Assembly (NCBI GenBank): GCA_943356745.1
Contig: CALRFT010000001.1
Location: 207,193 to 271,192, forward strand
Direction of reading: 5' to 3'
DNA from: Parcubacteria group bacterium
Lineage (GTDB): Bacteria > Patescibacteriota > Minisyncoccia > Phycocordibacterales > CSBR16-119
DNA length: 64,000 bases
The notes under the pieces are model-generated. The model saw only the letters and a list, made by a program, of their open reading frames with translations, was not told where the DNA came from and ran no database searches. Position 1 is the stretch's first letter. Each line of letters starts with the position of its first letter. Shown in pieces: positions 9,536 to 19,474 of the stretch. Position numbers and translations under genes: made by a program.

Positions 9536-10459
9536 TTAGTGATTGAGATACCGACGTACAGCGATTGCACTTGAAACAGTACCAAGGATAATACCAACAA
9601 TAAGTAGAATAATGAAAAACTGAAAGAAGTTTGAAAGATAATATGTATGAAGATTAATACCAAGGAACATAGACATCTTTTCTCCAAGCCAAAGCGTGAT
9701 TGGGAAAAATAAAACCATGGTCACCACAGAAGAAACAAGTCCATACAAAACTCCCTCTATAATAAATGGTCCTCGTACATACTTTGTACCCGCACCAACT
9801 AGTCGCATCACACCAATTTCCTGCCTCGCTGAGTAGATAGTGAGTCTAATAGTGTTAAGAGTGATTACTACAGAAATTGTTCCAAGAATAATCAGAAGAA
9901 CCGTTCCAAGTGTTTGAGCTCCAGTTGTGATTGCAACCAAACGATTAATCACTTGCTCATTTTGGTAGTAGTTGATTTTGTTGATTACCTGAAGAGAACT
10001 TTGTGAAAGCGCACCTTGGTCTCCAAGAGTTTCTGCGATAATTCCATAATCTTCTGGATTTTTTGCCTTAATGTTAAGCATCGCCCCAAGTGGATTTCCA
10101 CCGAGCTCATCAAGCGCTTGAAGTGTTAGTTCATCATCTTGGTGTCTTTCTCGGAAATTAATCAATGCCTCCGTTGCTGAAACATACTCACTACTTGCAA
10201 CTTCTGGTATAGCATCAACCTCTTGTTTTAAATCGAGAATAACATTTTCGTTTGCTCCAAGATCAAAAAATACTGTGATATCGACTTTGTTTTCAAGAGT
10301 TTCAACTGTTGTTGTCAGTACCGCTCGTGACAAAAGAAGAAGTCCGGCAACAGAAAGAGTTACAACCATAATAAGTATCGACGAAAGCGACACAAAAGAA
10401 TTTCGAGTAAAGTTTTGAAATCCTGATTTTATTATTCTTTTTAAATCTATAAATGTCAT
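9536..10459 (-). CDS. ftsX: cell division permease FtsX
   Basis: NTIRLTIY.R..EI..MRLVGA...VRGPF..EG; follows ftsE. Confidence 0.95.
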   Translation of the reverse strand: MTFIDLKRIIKSGFQNFTRNSFVSLSSILIMVVTLSVAGLLLLSRAVLTTTVETLENKVDITVFFDLGANENVILDLKQEVDAIPEVASSEYVSATEALINFRERHQDDELTLQALDELGGNPLGAMLNIKAKNPEDYGIIAETLGDQGALSQSSLQVINKINYYQNEQVINRLVAITTGAQTLGTVLLIILGTISVVITLNTIRLTIYSARQEIGVMRLVGAGTKYVRGPFIIEGVLYGLVSSVVTMVLFFPITLWLGEKMSMFLGINLHTYYLSNFFQFFIILLIVGIILGTVSSAIAVRRYLNH

Positions 10460-10460
10460 G

Positions 10461-11153
10461 TTATTTTTTTGAAATTATATATGAACCATGCGGATCATCG
10501 CGAACAATCGAACCTTTCTCGAGAGTAATTACTCGTTTTTTAAGCGCATCAACAACTCCTGTATTGTGAGTTGTGAGAATCACAGTTGTTCCGAGTTTGT
10601 TTATTTTTTTCAAAATATCAACAACTTCATAGGTGCTTGCTGGATCGAGATTTCCTGTTGGTTCGTCTGCAACGAGAAGTTTTGGATCGTTGATGATTGC
10701 TCGAGCAATTGCAAGTCTTTGCTTTTCCCCTCCAGAAAGTTGATGAGGGAAATTGTTTGCCTTATCAACCAAATCCACAAGTTCAAGTACGTACGGAACA
10801 TCTTCGGCAATAATTTCATCTGGTTTTCCAGCAACTTCCATAGCAAAAGCAACGTTTTCAAAAACGGTTTTATTTGAAAGTAATCTAAAATCTTGGAACA
10901 CTACACCAATATTTTGTCGGTATAGGTTCATTTCTTTATGAGAAAAATCATTAATATCTTCTCCTTTATATAAAATACTTCCCTCTGACGGTCGGTCTTC
11001 TCGTAAAAGCATTTTCACAAGAGTTGATTTACCTGCCCCAGAATGACCAATAAAAGAAACGAATTCTCCTTCTTCGATAGTAATATCAACATTATGAAGC
11101 GCCTCGACATCAGTATCGGGATATACTTTTGAAACATTCACAAATTGAATCAT
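10461..11153 (-). CDS. ftsE: cell division ATP-binding protein FtsE
   Basis: GHSGAGKST, VFQDFRLL, LSGGEKQR, ADEPTGNLDP. Confidence 0.95.
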   Translation of the reverse strand: MIQFVNVSKVYPDTDVEALHNVDITIEEGEFVSFIGHSGAGKSTLVKMLLREDRPSEGSILYKGEDINDFSHKEMNLYRQNIGVVFQDFRLLSNKTVFENVAFAMEVAGKPDEIIAEDVPYVLELVDLVDKANNFPHQLSGGEKQRLAIARAIINDPKLLVADEPTGNLDPASTYEVVDILKKINKLGTTVILTTHNTGVVDALKKRVITLEKGSIVRDDPHGSYIISKK

Positions 11154-11200
11154 ATGTATAGTATTATACCCTATTTTAAAAAAACAAAATTATAAAACCA

Positions 11201-14200
11201 TTATCTTTTGATTGCGTCCACTAGGCCAGCATATTCTTTTGCCTCTTCATTAACCGGTTCGTCCCAAAACGCAAGGTTTTTTATATCAGAAACCACTTTT
11301 CGTATTGTATTCTCAAGCTCTTCAACCTCTTCATCCGATATTTCAAATTCATATCGCTTGAGAACACCCTTATCATTTGCCTCAACAAATTCCAAAACTG
11401 CGCTTTCCATATGTTTTCTTCCTTTTTGATGGTACTTTAAAAGAAGTTTGTAAAATACCAATTGTCTGTAATAGTCTCCAGATCCATTTTTTGTTGTTCC
11501 TCGAATTTCTCCTTCTGTTTTTGGTTTTCCTGTTTTGTAATCAACCACAACAACCCGAGTGCGTGATGAATCAACAAACTCAATCTTGTCGAGTACTCCT
11601 GTAAGATATGGTAATTCTTCCTCATTATCTTCAGCAATCGAAACAGCGTTGATTCGAAATTCTGTTTGAGTGTAGAGATTCCAAGTTCCTTGGTATTCCT
11701 GATACCACACAGTCAAAACATGTTCTCCTTTTTTCAAAAGATCTTCAAAATCTTTTTCTGCATAATCCTGATCTTCAAGAGATTTTCGAAAAGCACCAAG
11801 AAGGAAATCGAGACTTTCATATTTTTCACCTCGCGCATTATTAAAGAAAATTTGAAGCGCTCCATGAACTGCATTACCAAAGACAAGTGATTTACTCATC
11901 GCACTTGGAATACGAAGAAGATTTCTAAAGAAGAAAAGCCATGGTGATTTTAAGTAGTTATTGAGCGCAGAAACAGACAAATCTTGTGAAAGTAATTTTT
12001 CTTTCACAAATGCTTTCATCTGCTCTTTGTATTCATCTTCAGAAAGTGAGGCTTTTATTTTTGGTTCAAAAAGTATGAGTTGTTTTTCTGGCCACGCATG
12101 GACAAAACTCTCTGTTTCTTCAAATGAAATAAGCTCTTGTTTTATTTCTCCGATAAATTGACTCGGAAGTATTTCTTTTCCATCTTCTCTTTGAAGGGTG
12201 TATGAAAGAGTGACATGTTTTCTTGCTCGCGTAAGCGCAACATAAAACACTCTTCGTTCCTCCATGAGATCACCAGAAACTTCCTGAAGACCTTCCATCT
12301 CAACAGTTTCGAACAATGTATATACTTCTGGGATAAGTGGCAGCAGTTCCCTTTTTGATTGATTACCCCATACGCCATCATTCACACCGATAATAAATAC
12401 GTAATCAAACTCAAGACCCTTTGATCGATGTGCTGTCATAAGACGAACCATCCCTTCTTTAATTCTTCCTGCCTTCTTTTTAATTGAAATATTATGTTCT
12501 TTGAGACGAGTAATATATTTTAAGAAATCAAAAAGTTTTGCTTTTTCATTAGTAAGAATAAAGGAACGGGCTTCGTCGAACAAAATTCCAAGTGTTTCAA
12601 TTTTTGTTGTACCATTTGGACTCGCAAGAAGATATTGCAAATATCCAGATTCCCGCATGATATGTTCAAGAGCTTCAATCAAATTTTCATTTTCAGCAAA
12701 TTTCTTCCATGTCAAAATATTATTTCCAAGTTCAAAAAATGGACTATATTCTTTTTCAGAAAAGCCTTCACTACTCAAAGATTTTTCGTCACTCATGAGT
12801 TCAATCAAAAGCTTTTTTCTTTTTTGTGAAGCAGCGCGCACTAGTCTTGCAGATATAAGAGTATTCAAAGAAAACACATTACTAAAAAGAATTTTTACCA
12901 GAGTTTCGTTTTGGTCTACATATTGAATAGCTTCCAGAATCTCAAGGAATTGAATAATATCTTTGTCTTCGAAAAGATTTTGGTCTGATTCAATCACAGA
13001 TGAGATTTTCTTTTTTGTCAGAATATCAACCACAGGAAAAGCGTGGTAATTGTTTCGATACAATACCGCAATCTCATGAGCCGGAACACCTTCTGAAATA
13101 AGAGACTGGATTTTTTCCGAAAGCCAGACAAGTTCTTGTGATGAATTTTCAAGTGTTGCAACAGAAATAGGTTTTGCTTCAAACTTAGTATTTGCTTGAA
13201 GTAAAGACTCTCCCGGAAGAAGTGAATGTGCACTATCAAGAATAGTCTGAGTTGAACGATAGTTTTGCTTGAGAGTAATGAGCTCTGCCTTTGGATATAA
13301 ATGTTTGAAATAGAAAAAGTTTTCAATACTTGCACCCTGAAAACGATAGATTGATTGTTTTTCATCTCCTACAACAAACAGATTTGGATTGTTATGGAAA
13401 TTTGCAAGAAGTTCAAGGATTTTATTTTGAGCATTGTTTGTATCTTGATGTTCGTCCACCAAAATGTATTGATGTTTTTCTTGGAGTCTGAGAAGCAAGT
13501 CTTGATTTGTTCTCAGAGCATGAAGAACTTCAACAATCATGTCATTGAAGTCATACATTTTTCTTGCCGCTAGTTCTTCTTGATACACCTGATACACATG
13601 AGCGAGTTCTCTATTTTTCTGAATCTTTTTTTCTTGATCGGCATATGCACTTTTCATTTTTCCTGTATACTTTCCTTTTGTATGAAATTTCTCATCATCC
13701 TGATCAAAACGAATTTGTTCTTTTTCTACTAGTTTCTTAAATTCATATGGAGTTACACCTTCACGTTTCAAGTCAGAAATTTTTTGAAGAATCGTACGAA
13801 CATAGTAAAAAGAATCACCAAAAGGCTTCAGATTTTTCAGTTCTGTTTGAGTGATGATATCTTCAATAATTGCTATTTGGTCAACGTCGGTAATTGCTCT
13901 CGCTCCAATAATTCGAGGGAATTCTTCTGGATTATTTTGAATGACATCATTTGAAAATGAGTGAAATGTATAGATTCCAACCCGATATGCGGAAGATCCA
14001 ATCATCTCAACCAATCGTTTTCTCATTGCATGGACACCTGATTCAGTAAAAGTGAGCGCAAGAATATTTTCCGGCTCTGTATCTGTTTTATCGATAATAT
14101 TTGCAATTCGAAGAGTCAAAATTTGAGTCTTTCCTGTCCCAGGACCAGCAACCACCATCACAGGACCGTCAATGGCGTCTACAGCTCTTTTTTGCTCTGT

Positions 14201-14239
14201 ATTAAGCATCTCATAACGTTCTTGAAACTTTGTTTTCAT
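11201..14239 (-). CDS. UvrD/REP helicase fused to C-terminal PD-(D/E)xK nuclease (AddA/AdnB-like)
   Basis: AGPGTGKT, VDEHQDTN, GDEKQSIYRFQGA, NYRS, EERRVFYVALTRA, then G.LDKIE...DYKTGK...QL.FY; start moved to 14239. Confidence 0.93.
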   Translation of the reverse strand: MKTKFQERYEMLNTEQKRAVDAIDGPVMVVAGPGTGKTQILTLRIANIIDKTDTEPENILALTFTESGVHAMRKRLVEMIGSSAYRVGIYTFHSFSNDVIQNNPEEFPRIIGARAITDVDQIAIIEDIITQTELKNLKPFGDSFYYVRTILQKISDLKREGVTPYEFKKLVEKEQIRFDQDDEKFHTKGKYTGKMKSAYADQEKKIQKNRELAHVYQVYQEELAARKMYDFNDMIVEVLHALRTNQDLLLRLQEKHQYILVDEHQDTNNAQNKILELLANFHNNPNLFVVGDEKQSIYRFQGASIENFFYFKHLYPKAELITLKQNYRSTQTILDSAHSLLPGESLLQANTKFEAKPISVATLENSSQELVWLSEKIQSLISEGVPAHEIAVLYRNNYHAFPVVDILTKKKISSVIESDQNLFEDKDIIQFLEILEAIQYVDQNETLVKILFSNVFSLNTLISARLVRAASQKRKKLLIELMSDEKSLSSEGFSEKEYSPFFELGNNILTWKKFAENENLIEALEHIMRESGYLQYLLASPNGTTKIETLGILFDEARSFILTNEKAKLFDFLKYITRLKEHNISIKKKAGRIKEGMVRLMTAHRSKGLEFDYVFIIGVNDGVWGNQSKRELLPLIPEVYTLFETVEMEGLQEVSGDLMEERRVFYVALTRARKHVTLSYTLQREDGKEILPSQFIGEIKQELISFEETESFVHAWPEKQLILFEPKIKASLSEDEYKEQMKAFVKEKLLSQDLSVSALNNYLKSPWLFFFRNLLRIPSAMSKSLVFGNAVHGALQIFFNNARGEKYESLDFLLGAFRKSLEDQDYAEKDFEDLLKKGEHVLTVWYQEYQGTWNLYTQTEFRINAVSIAEDNEEELPYLTGVLDKIEFVDSSRTRVVVVDYKTGKPKTEGEIRGTTKNGSGDYYRQLVFYKLLLKYHQKGRKHMESAVLEFVEANDKGVLKRYEFEISDEEVEELENTIRKVVSDIKNLAFWDEPVNEEAKEYAGLVDAIKR

Positions 14240-14383
14240 GAGGCTATTGTACCCCAAATTGAGCTTGTGGATATCTCTTGACATAAATATAAATATAGGT
14301 ATTATATAGTCTCGTGTGGCAATAGTGCCTCATAAAACAAAACCCGTTCTTTTTAAAAAACCCAAAAAAACAAGGAGAAATTT

Positions 14384-14608
14384 ATGTCAGTAGAAGATTG
14401 TAAAGAAATTGAGGAAATTCTATGGAGTGACCAAACAAAAGATTTTAAGGAAGTTTCTGATGTTTTAAGAGAAAGAAATATTTGTGCATTTACTGTTATG
14501 CAACATCCCTTTTTCCATACAACAGAGAAACTTAAGCATCGAACTCTTGAAGTGATGCCGAAAATTTTCGTATTGAGTCAATGTGAAAAACTCAAAGAAA
14601 CTGCCTAG
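14384..14608 (+). CDS. hypothetical small protein
   Basis: TTGACA/TATTAT promoter upstream and AAGGAG before ATG. Confidence 0.6.
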   Translation: MSVEDCKEIEEILWSDQTKDFKEVSDVLRERNICAFTVMQHPFFHTTEKLKHRTLEVMPKIFVLSQCEKLKETA

Positions 14609-14696
14609 CCCTGCCACCCTAACAAAAGACTAAGTTACTGCGGGCAGATTCTATTTTTCCTTAACCAAAAAAGTCAAAACCCGCATGGGTAGAGAC

Positions 14697-14729
14697 AAAA
14701 AGCGCCGATCAATGATATCGGCGCTTTTT
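14697..14729. terminator. bidirectional intrinsic terminator
   Basis: AAAAAGCGCCGAT-caatgat-ATCGGCGCTTTTT. Confidence 0.85.
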
Positions 14730-16558
14730 TATTTTTGTGTTTTAAACCAATTATTATATTTCTTTTCCATCAACTCAAAACCTTTTTTATTGTCTGCAAT
14801 TTTAGTTTTTCCATGGACAAGATTAATCACAGCACCAATCTCATAAGTATTTTTTTGTTTAACCTTATCGAGTGTTTTTATTCTATTTTTCGCTGATTGA
14901 ATATATTTCTTTTTAGGAGCAATCATACTTTGCAAAAAATATTGTGGTGAAAGTTTTTTACCTGTTGCCATTTGTACAAATTCAGGAAATGTTTTTGACA
15001 TACCAAGCTTCCAAACTTTTAACATTTCTTTTCCAACATTTGGATTATCTACTATATATCCATATTTTTTAAAAAAGTATGATCTCCACTGTGCAACAGC
15101 CAAGAGAGCCAACCCGTATCCATGATATGAGCAAGTGCTTGACCATGAATAAATATGAGGAACAGTAAGAAGACCAAGAGAATTTATAGGAAATGCAGAA
15201 AATTTATTTTTTGTTTTTCGTGCAATTGAGATAACTTTTGCTTTAGTAAGATTTTTTGTTTCAAAAATTTCTTTTTCAAAATTCATAACCGCAATTATAC
15301 CCATCATTTCAAGCGGTTTGAAAACATGGAGTTTTTCTAGTTTTCTTTCAAACAAACTAAAAGGGTATGAATTTCCTTCAGAATCTTTTGCATATCTATG
15401 TCTCCATTCAATACTTGAGAATATGGTATCCATAAACATACTTTGTGTTTCAGCCCAAGCTGTTGAAGCAGGTGGATACTCATTATTAACACAAACATCT
15501 TGCATGTCTGAATTTAAAAAATGAGCTGCGTGTCCACCTTCATGAAATAATGTATGAATACCCTCTTCACCAGAACCAAGCGCTCCTGGTATTGTATTAC
15601 ATGTAAGTCCTGATCTTCCCGGTATTCTTTTTCCATTTTCAAAATGAATCAATTCTGGCCAATGACAGAAGCCGTTTGAATGCTTTCCTTTTCTATCAAG
15701 AAGATCGAGGGTGATAGTGGAACCCCGGAAATCAATTCCTAAATTAGCAAAAGATTTTGTCCATACATCAAGAGCTGTTTCAAATTGGAAATAAGGATCT
15801 TCTTCTTTTTCAAAATCAGAAGATATCATATAGCTAAAATTCCACGGCTGTTTTAATTTAGGGTTTGATACAGCCAATTCTCTGATATTTTCAAATCCAA
15901 ATTTACCCTTTTCATACAAATCATCAAAAATCTTAAACAATTCTTTTTTTGTCATTCCCTCCTCAGTGAAAACTTTATATGCATAAAAATCTTCAAATCC
16001 AAGTTTATGAGCAAATGTATTTAAAAGTTTTACATATTCAACATAGTCATCAAGAAATGCTGGGGCTGATTTTTGGATTCCTTCATAGGCAGCCTTTCTT
16101 ATAGATTCATTATCATCTGTAGAAATTAACGAATAGAGTTTAAGCTTAGAGGCAGGAACAAAATCTTTTGTTTTTGGATCAGTATAACCATATTCAAAAT
16201 CACCCTGAGCAGTTTTAATACGCGTTTCAATATCCATAATTTTCTCATGGAGAGCAAGTAATTCTTCGGGTATCTGCCAAACAGAGAAAAACTTATACCA
16301 ATATCCAAGCCTTTCTTTTTCTTTTCCAGTTGCCGCCTAAAAAAAAACGTTTGTCTGCTCTGCCAATGCTCGGTTTGATCTAAATTCATTTAATTTTGAT
16401 TTTGCCTTCTTGAATTTATCATCAATAGAATTATCTCCCATATAAGAGACCCAGAATAAATCTTCATATGTTTTATGAATTTTTAAATATTCTGAGTTTA
16501 GTTTATCAAGAAAATCTACTATATCTTTTTTGTTTATTTTTACAGTTTTATCCTTCAT
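14729..16558 (-). pseudogene. M3 family oligopeptidase interrupted by one in-frame TAG (16337-16339)
   Basis: HEGGH motif, DL..RKGK.SNGFC, AETQSMF; the 73-aa and 502-aa ORFs are in the same frame, separated only by TAG plus 33 sense codons. Confidence 0.85.
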
Positions 16559-17141
16559 ACAATTCAGTTACCTTATTCCAATTAACAATATTCCAAAAAT
16601 TTTCAATATATTCTGCTCGTCTATTTTGATATTTGAGATAGTATGCATGCTCCCAAACATCGAGCGCCAGAATTGGTGTTCCACCTTCAATTCCTGGCAT
16701 GAGTGGATTGTCTTGATTCCCTGTCGTAACAATCTCAAGACTTCCATCTTCTTTTTTACACAGCCAAGCCCAGCCAGATCCAAAACGGGAAAGTGCAGCT
16801 TTTGTAAAAGATTCTTTCAAGTTTTCTATAGAACCAAATGATTGGATAATTACATTTTCAAAAGGTTGAGATATTGAAGTTTTATCTCCAGAAAGAAGTT
16901 CCCAGAAAAGTTTGTGATTATAATATCCACCAGCATTATTTCTAAGTGGCATATTATTCATATCAATCTCGGAAAGAATTTGTTCGATTGACATATTACT
17001 CACATCAACACCCTCGAGTGCTTTATTGAGATTATCTGTGTAAGCTTGATGATGTTTTGTATGGTGAATCTCCATTGTTTTTGCATCAAAATATGGCTCG
17101 AGTGAATCATAAGAATATAGAATTTTTGGTAGTTCAAACAT
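16548..17141 (-). CDS. sodA: superoxide dismutase (Mn/Fe family, Mn-like signatures)
   Basis: HHTKHH, NNAGGYYNH, FGSGWAWL, NQD, DVWEHAYY. Confidence 0.96.
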   Translation of the reverse strand: MFELPKILYSYDSLEPYFDAKTMEIHHTKHHQAYTDNLNKALEGVDVSNMSIEQILSEIDMNNMPLRNNAGGYYNHKLFWELLSGDKTSISQPFENVIIQSFGSIENLKESFTKAALSRFGSGWAWLCKKEDGSLEIVTTGNQDNPLMPGIEGGTPILALDVWEHAYYLKYQNRRAEYIENFWNIVNWNKVTELYEG

Positions 17142-17219
17142 AGAATATATAAGTTTTTATGAATAAATATATGGAGATTATAGCACAAGAGGCGCCCTTC
17201 GGGCGCCTCTTTATTTTCC

Positions 17220-17636
17220 TTACTTTTTAAGCAAGTCTCGAATTTCCACAAGGAGTTCTACCTGTGTTGGGTGTTTTTCCTCTTTTGGTTTTTCTTCTTC
17301 TTTTCGTTTCAGTCTGTTCATTCCTTTGATAACCATAAAGATAACAAAGGCAACGATAGCAAAATCAATTACTGTATTGATAAATAATCCATAATTGAGA
17401 GAAACAGCAGCTGTTACAATCTCGCCTGTTTCGCTCAACACTTCCGGCTGAAGAACAATTGCAAGACTTGAAAAATCAACTCCACCAACAAGAAGTCCAA
17501 CAGCTGGCATAATAACGTCGTTCACCAGAGAGGTTACAATTTTACCAAACGCACCTCCAATGATAACTCCGATTGCGAGATCCATTACATTACCTTTTAC
17601 CGCAAACTCTTTAAATTCTTTTAAAATTCTATTCAT
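17220..17636 (-). CDS. mscL: large-conductance mechanosensitive channel
   Basis: [39 protein letters not shown]. Confidence 0.98.
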   Translation of the reverse strand: MNRILKEFKEFAVKGNVMDLAIGVIIGGAFGKIVTSLVNDVIMPAVGLLVGGVDFSSLAIVLQPEVLSETGEIVTAAVSLNYGLFINTVIDFAIVAFVIFMVIKGMNRLKRKEEEKPKEEKHPTQVELLVEIRDLLKK

Positions 17637-17765
17637 ATATCACATGTAGTATTTAACCTATAATATTCTTATTATAGAGAAACCATTCTTGAAGGTCTAG
17701 AGTGTTTGCTTATTAACCCTTATTTTATTGCTGATTTCATAAAAAGGAATATACTTATTCCTATT

Positions 17766-19385
17766 ATGCAAAATATAATTACCAATATTAAAAATAACTG
17801 GAAATCAGGTCTTACAGTCGCCTTGGTTTCTATACCTTTATCACTTTCACTCTCTGTTGCATCAGGAGCAAGTCCAGCAGAAGGACTTATTACTGCTGTG
17901 TGGGCAGGACTTATTGCTGGGATTTTTGGAAGTAGTAACTACAACATTATTGGACCCGCTGGAGCACTTACTGGGGTTTTGGCGCTTTTTGCATTCCAAA
18001 ACGGACCAGAACTTCTCCCTTCCCTTGCAATCATAACTGGAATTTTTATCCTGATTGCATATTTTTTCAAAATTCAAAAATACATGGTTTTGATTCCTCG
18101 AAGTGTGATGGTTGGATTCAGTACTGGTGTTGCTATTTTAATCATCATTAGTCAACTTCGATCAGTTTTTGGTCTTCACAACCTCGAGTCAGCAGCAGAA
18201 CCACTTCATAATCTTGGAATCATTTTTGGAAATATTGCATCAAGCGACCTTGTCACATTTCTTCTTTTCTTTATTGGGGTTATGTCACTCTATCTTTTCA
18301 ATCGAATGATTCCAAAAATTCCACCGGCTATATTTCTTGCGCCAATTGGAATCTTTGTTGGGTTTTTGATTAGTAAAAATATCATACCGATCGAAACAAT
18401 GCTCTTGAATCAAAAATACAGTAATCTTGATTTTAGTTTATTTTCTTTTGTTTCAAACTTTACTGTTAACAAAGTAATTCTTGTCACTGGTGCATCTGTT
18501 GCTTTTATCGCAATTCTTGAAACTCTTATTTCAGCAAAGATTGCTGGAAACATGACGAAAACAAAATTTAACTCAGGAAAAGAATTCTTTGGACTTTCAC
18601 TTGCAAATATCGGTTCTGGACTTTTTGGTGGACTCCCAGCAACAGGAGTTTTCGTTCGAACAGGACTCAATGCAAAGTCAGGAGCGACACATAAAACATC
18701 TCAAACAATTCAAGCTATTGTAGTCGGAATCGTTTCCGCTGTTCTCTTTACAACCTTTACTTACATTCCTCTTGCGGTTATTGCTTCTATTCTTTTCTTT
18801 GCATCAATCCGAATGCTTGAGATTAAAGACATGAAAAAATATTGGAAATATTCAAAGAAAGATTTTGCGGTTGCTCTTCTTGTTGTTGTACTTATGATTG
18901 CAATTGACAGCGTGATTGGACTTCTTGCAGGAACAATTCTTGCCCTCTTATTCTTTGTTGAAAGTTTTTCAAAAGGACATTTTGATATTGCTCGAAATAG
19001 AGGAAATCAATTTATCGACAGACTTTATGAAGGTGACTTTGAAAAATTTAATGAACCTGTAGATGTTGTTGTGTATTCCTTTAAAGGTTCTCTTACTTAT
19101 GTAAACGGAGAAACACACAAAGACAGAATTCAAGAAAAAACAAATCTCTTTAACACTATCATTCTTCGAATGAGAGAGCTCGGACACATTGACCATGATG
19201 GGGTTGAGATTCTTCATGAGATCATCGAAGAACTAATCGCTCAAGGGAAAACAGTCTATATTTCTGGACTCAGTGAACAAATTCACTCAGAACTTACAAA
19301 ATTCAACAATGATGGACACATTACTGAATCGATGATTACAAAAAATACTACTTCAGCACTTCAAGAAATTGGATTTATTATATAA
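17766..19385 (+). CDS. SulP family anion transporter with STAS domain
   Basis: SGLTVALVSIPLSL, GPAGA, GGLPATG...RT..N..SGA; C-terminal STAS-like region. Confidence 0.92.
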   Translation: MQNIITNIKNNWKSGLTVALVSIPLSLSLSVASGASPAEGLITAVWAGLIAGIFGSSNYNIIGPAGALTGVLALFAFQNGPELLPSLAIITGIFILIAYFFKIQKYMVLIPRSVMVGFSTGVAILIIISQLRSVFGLHNLESAAEPLHNLGIIFGNIASSDLVTFLLFFIGVMSLYLFNRMIPKIPPAIFLAPIGIFVGFLISKNIIPIETMLLNQKYSNLDFSLFSFVSNFTVNKVILVTGASVAFIAILETLISAKIAGNMTKTKFNSGKEFFGLSLANIGSGLFGGLPATGVFVRTGLNAKSGATHKTSQTIQAIVVGIVSAVLFTTFTYIPLAVIASILFFASIRMLEIKDMKKYWKYSKKDFAVALLVVVLMIAIDSVIGLLAGTILALLFFVESFSKGHFDIARNRGNQFIDRLYEGDFEKFNEPVDVVVYSFKGSLTYVNGETHKDRIQEKTNLFNTIILRMRELGHIDHDGVEILHEIIEELIAQGKTVYISGLSEQIHSELTKFNNDGHITESMITKNTTSALQEIGFII

Positions 19386-19474
19386 ATAAAACTCCCGCCA
19401 CATGCGGGAGTTTTATCTTGAAAAAAGCTTTATTTTATAGTATATTTGGTCTTTACTTATAAAAAACCAAAAAC

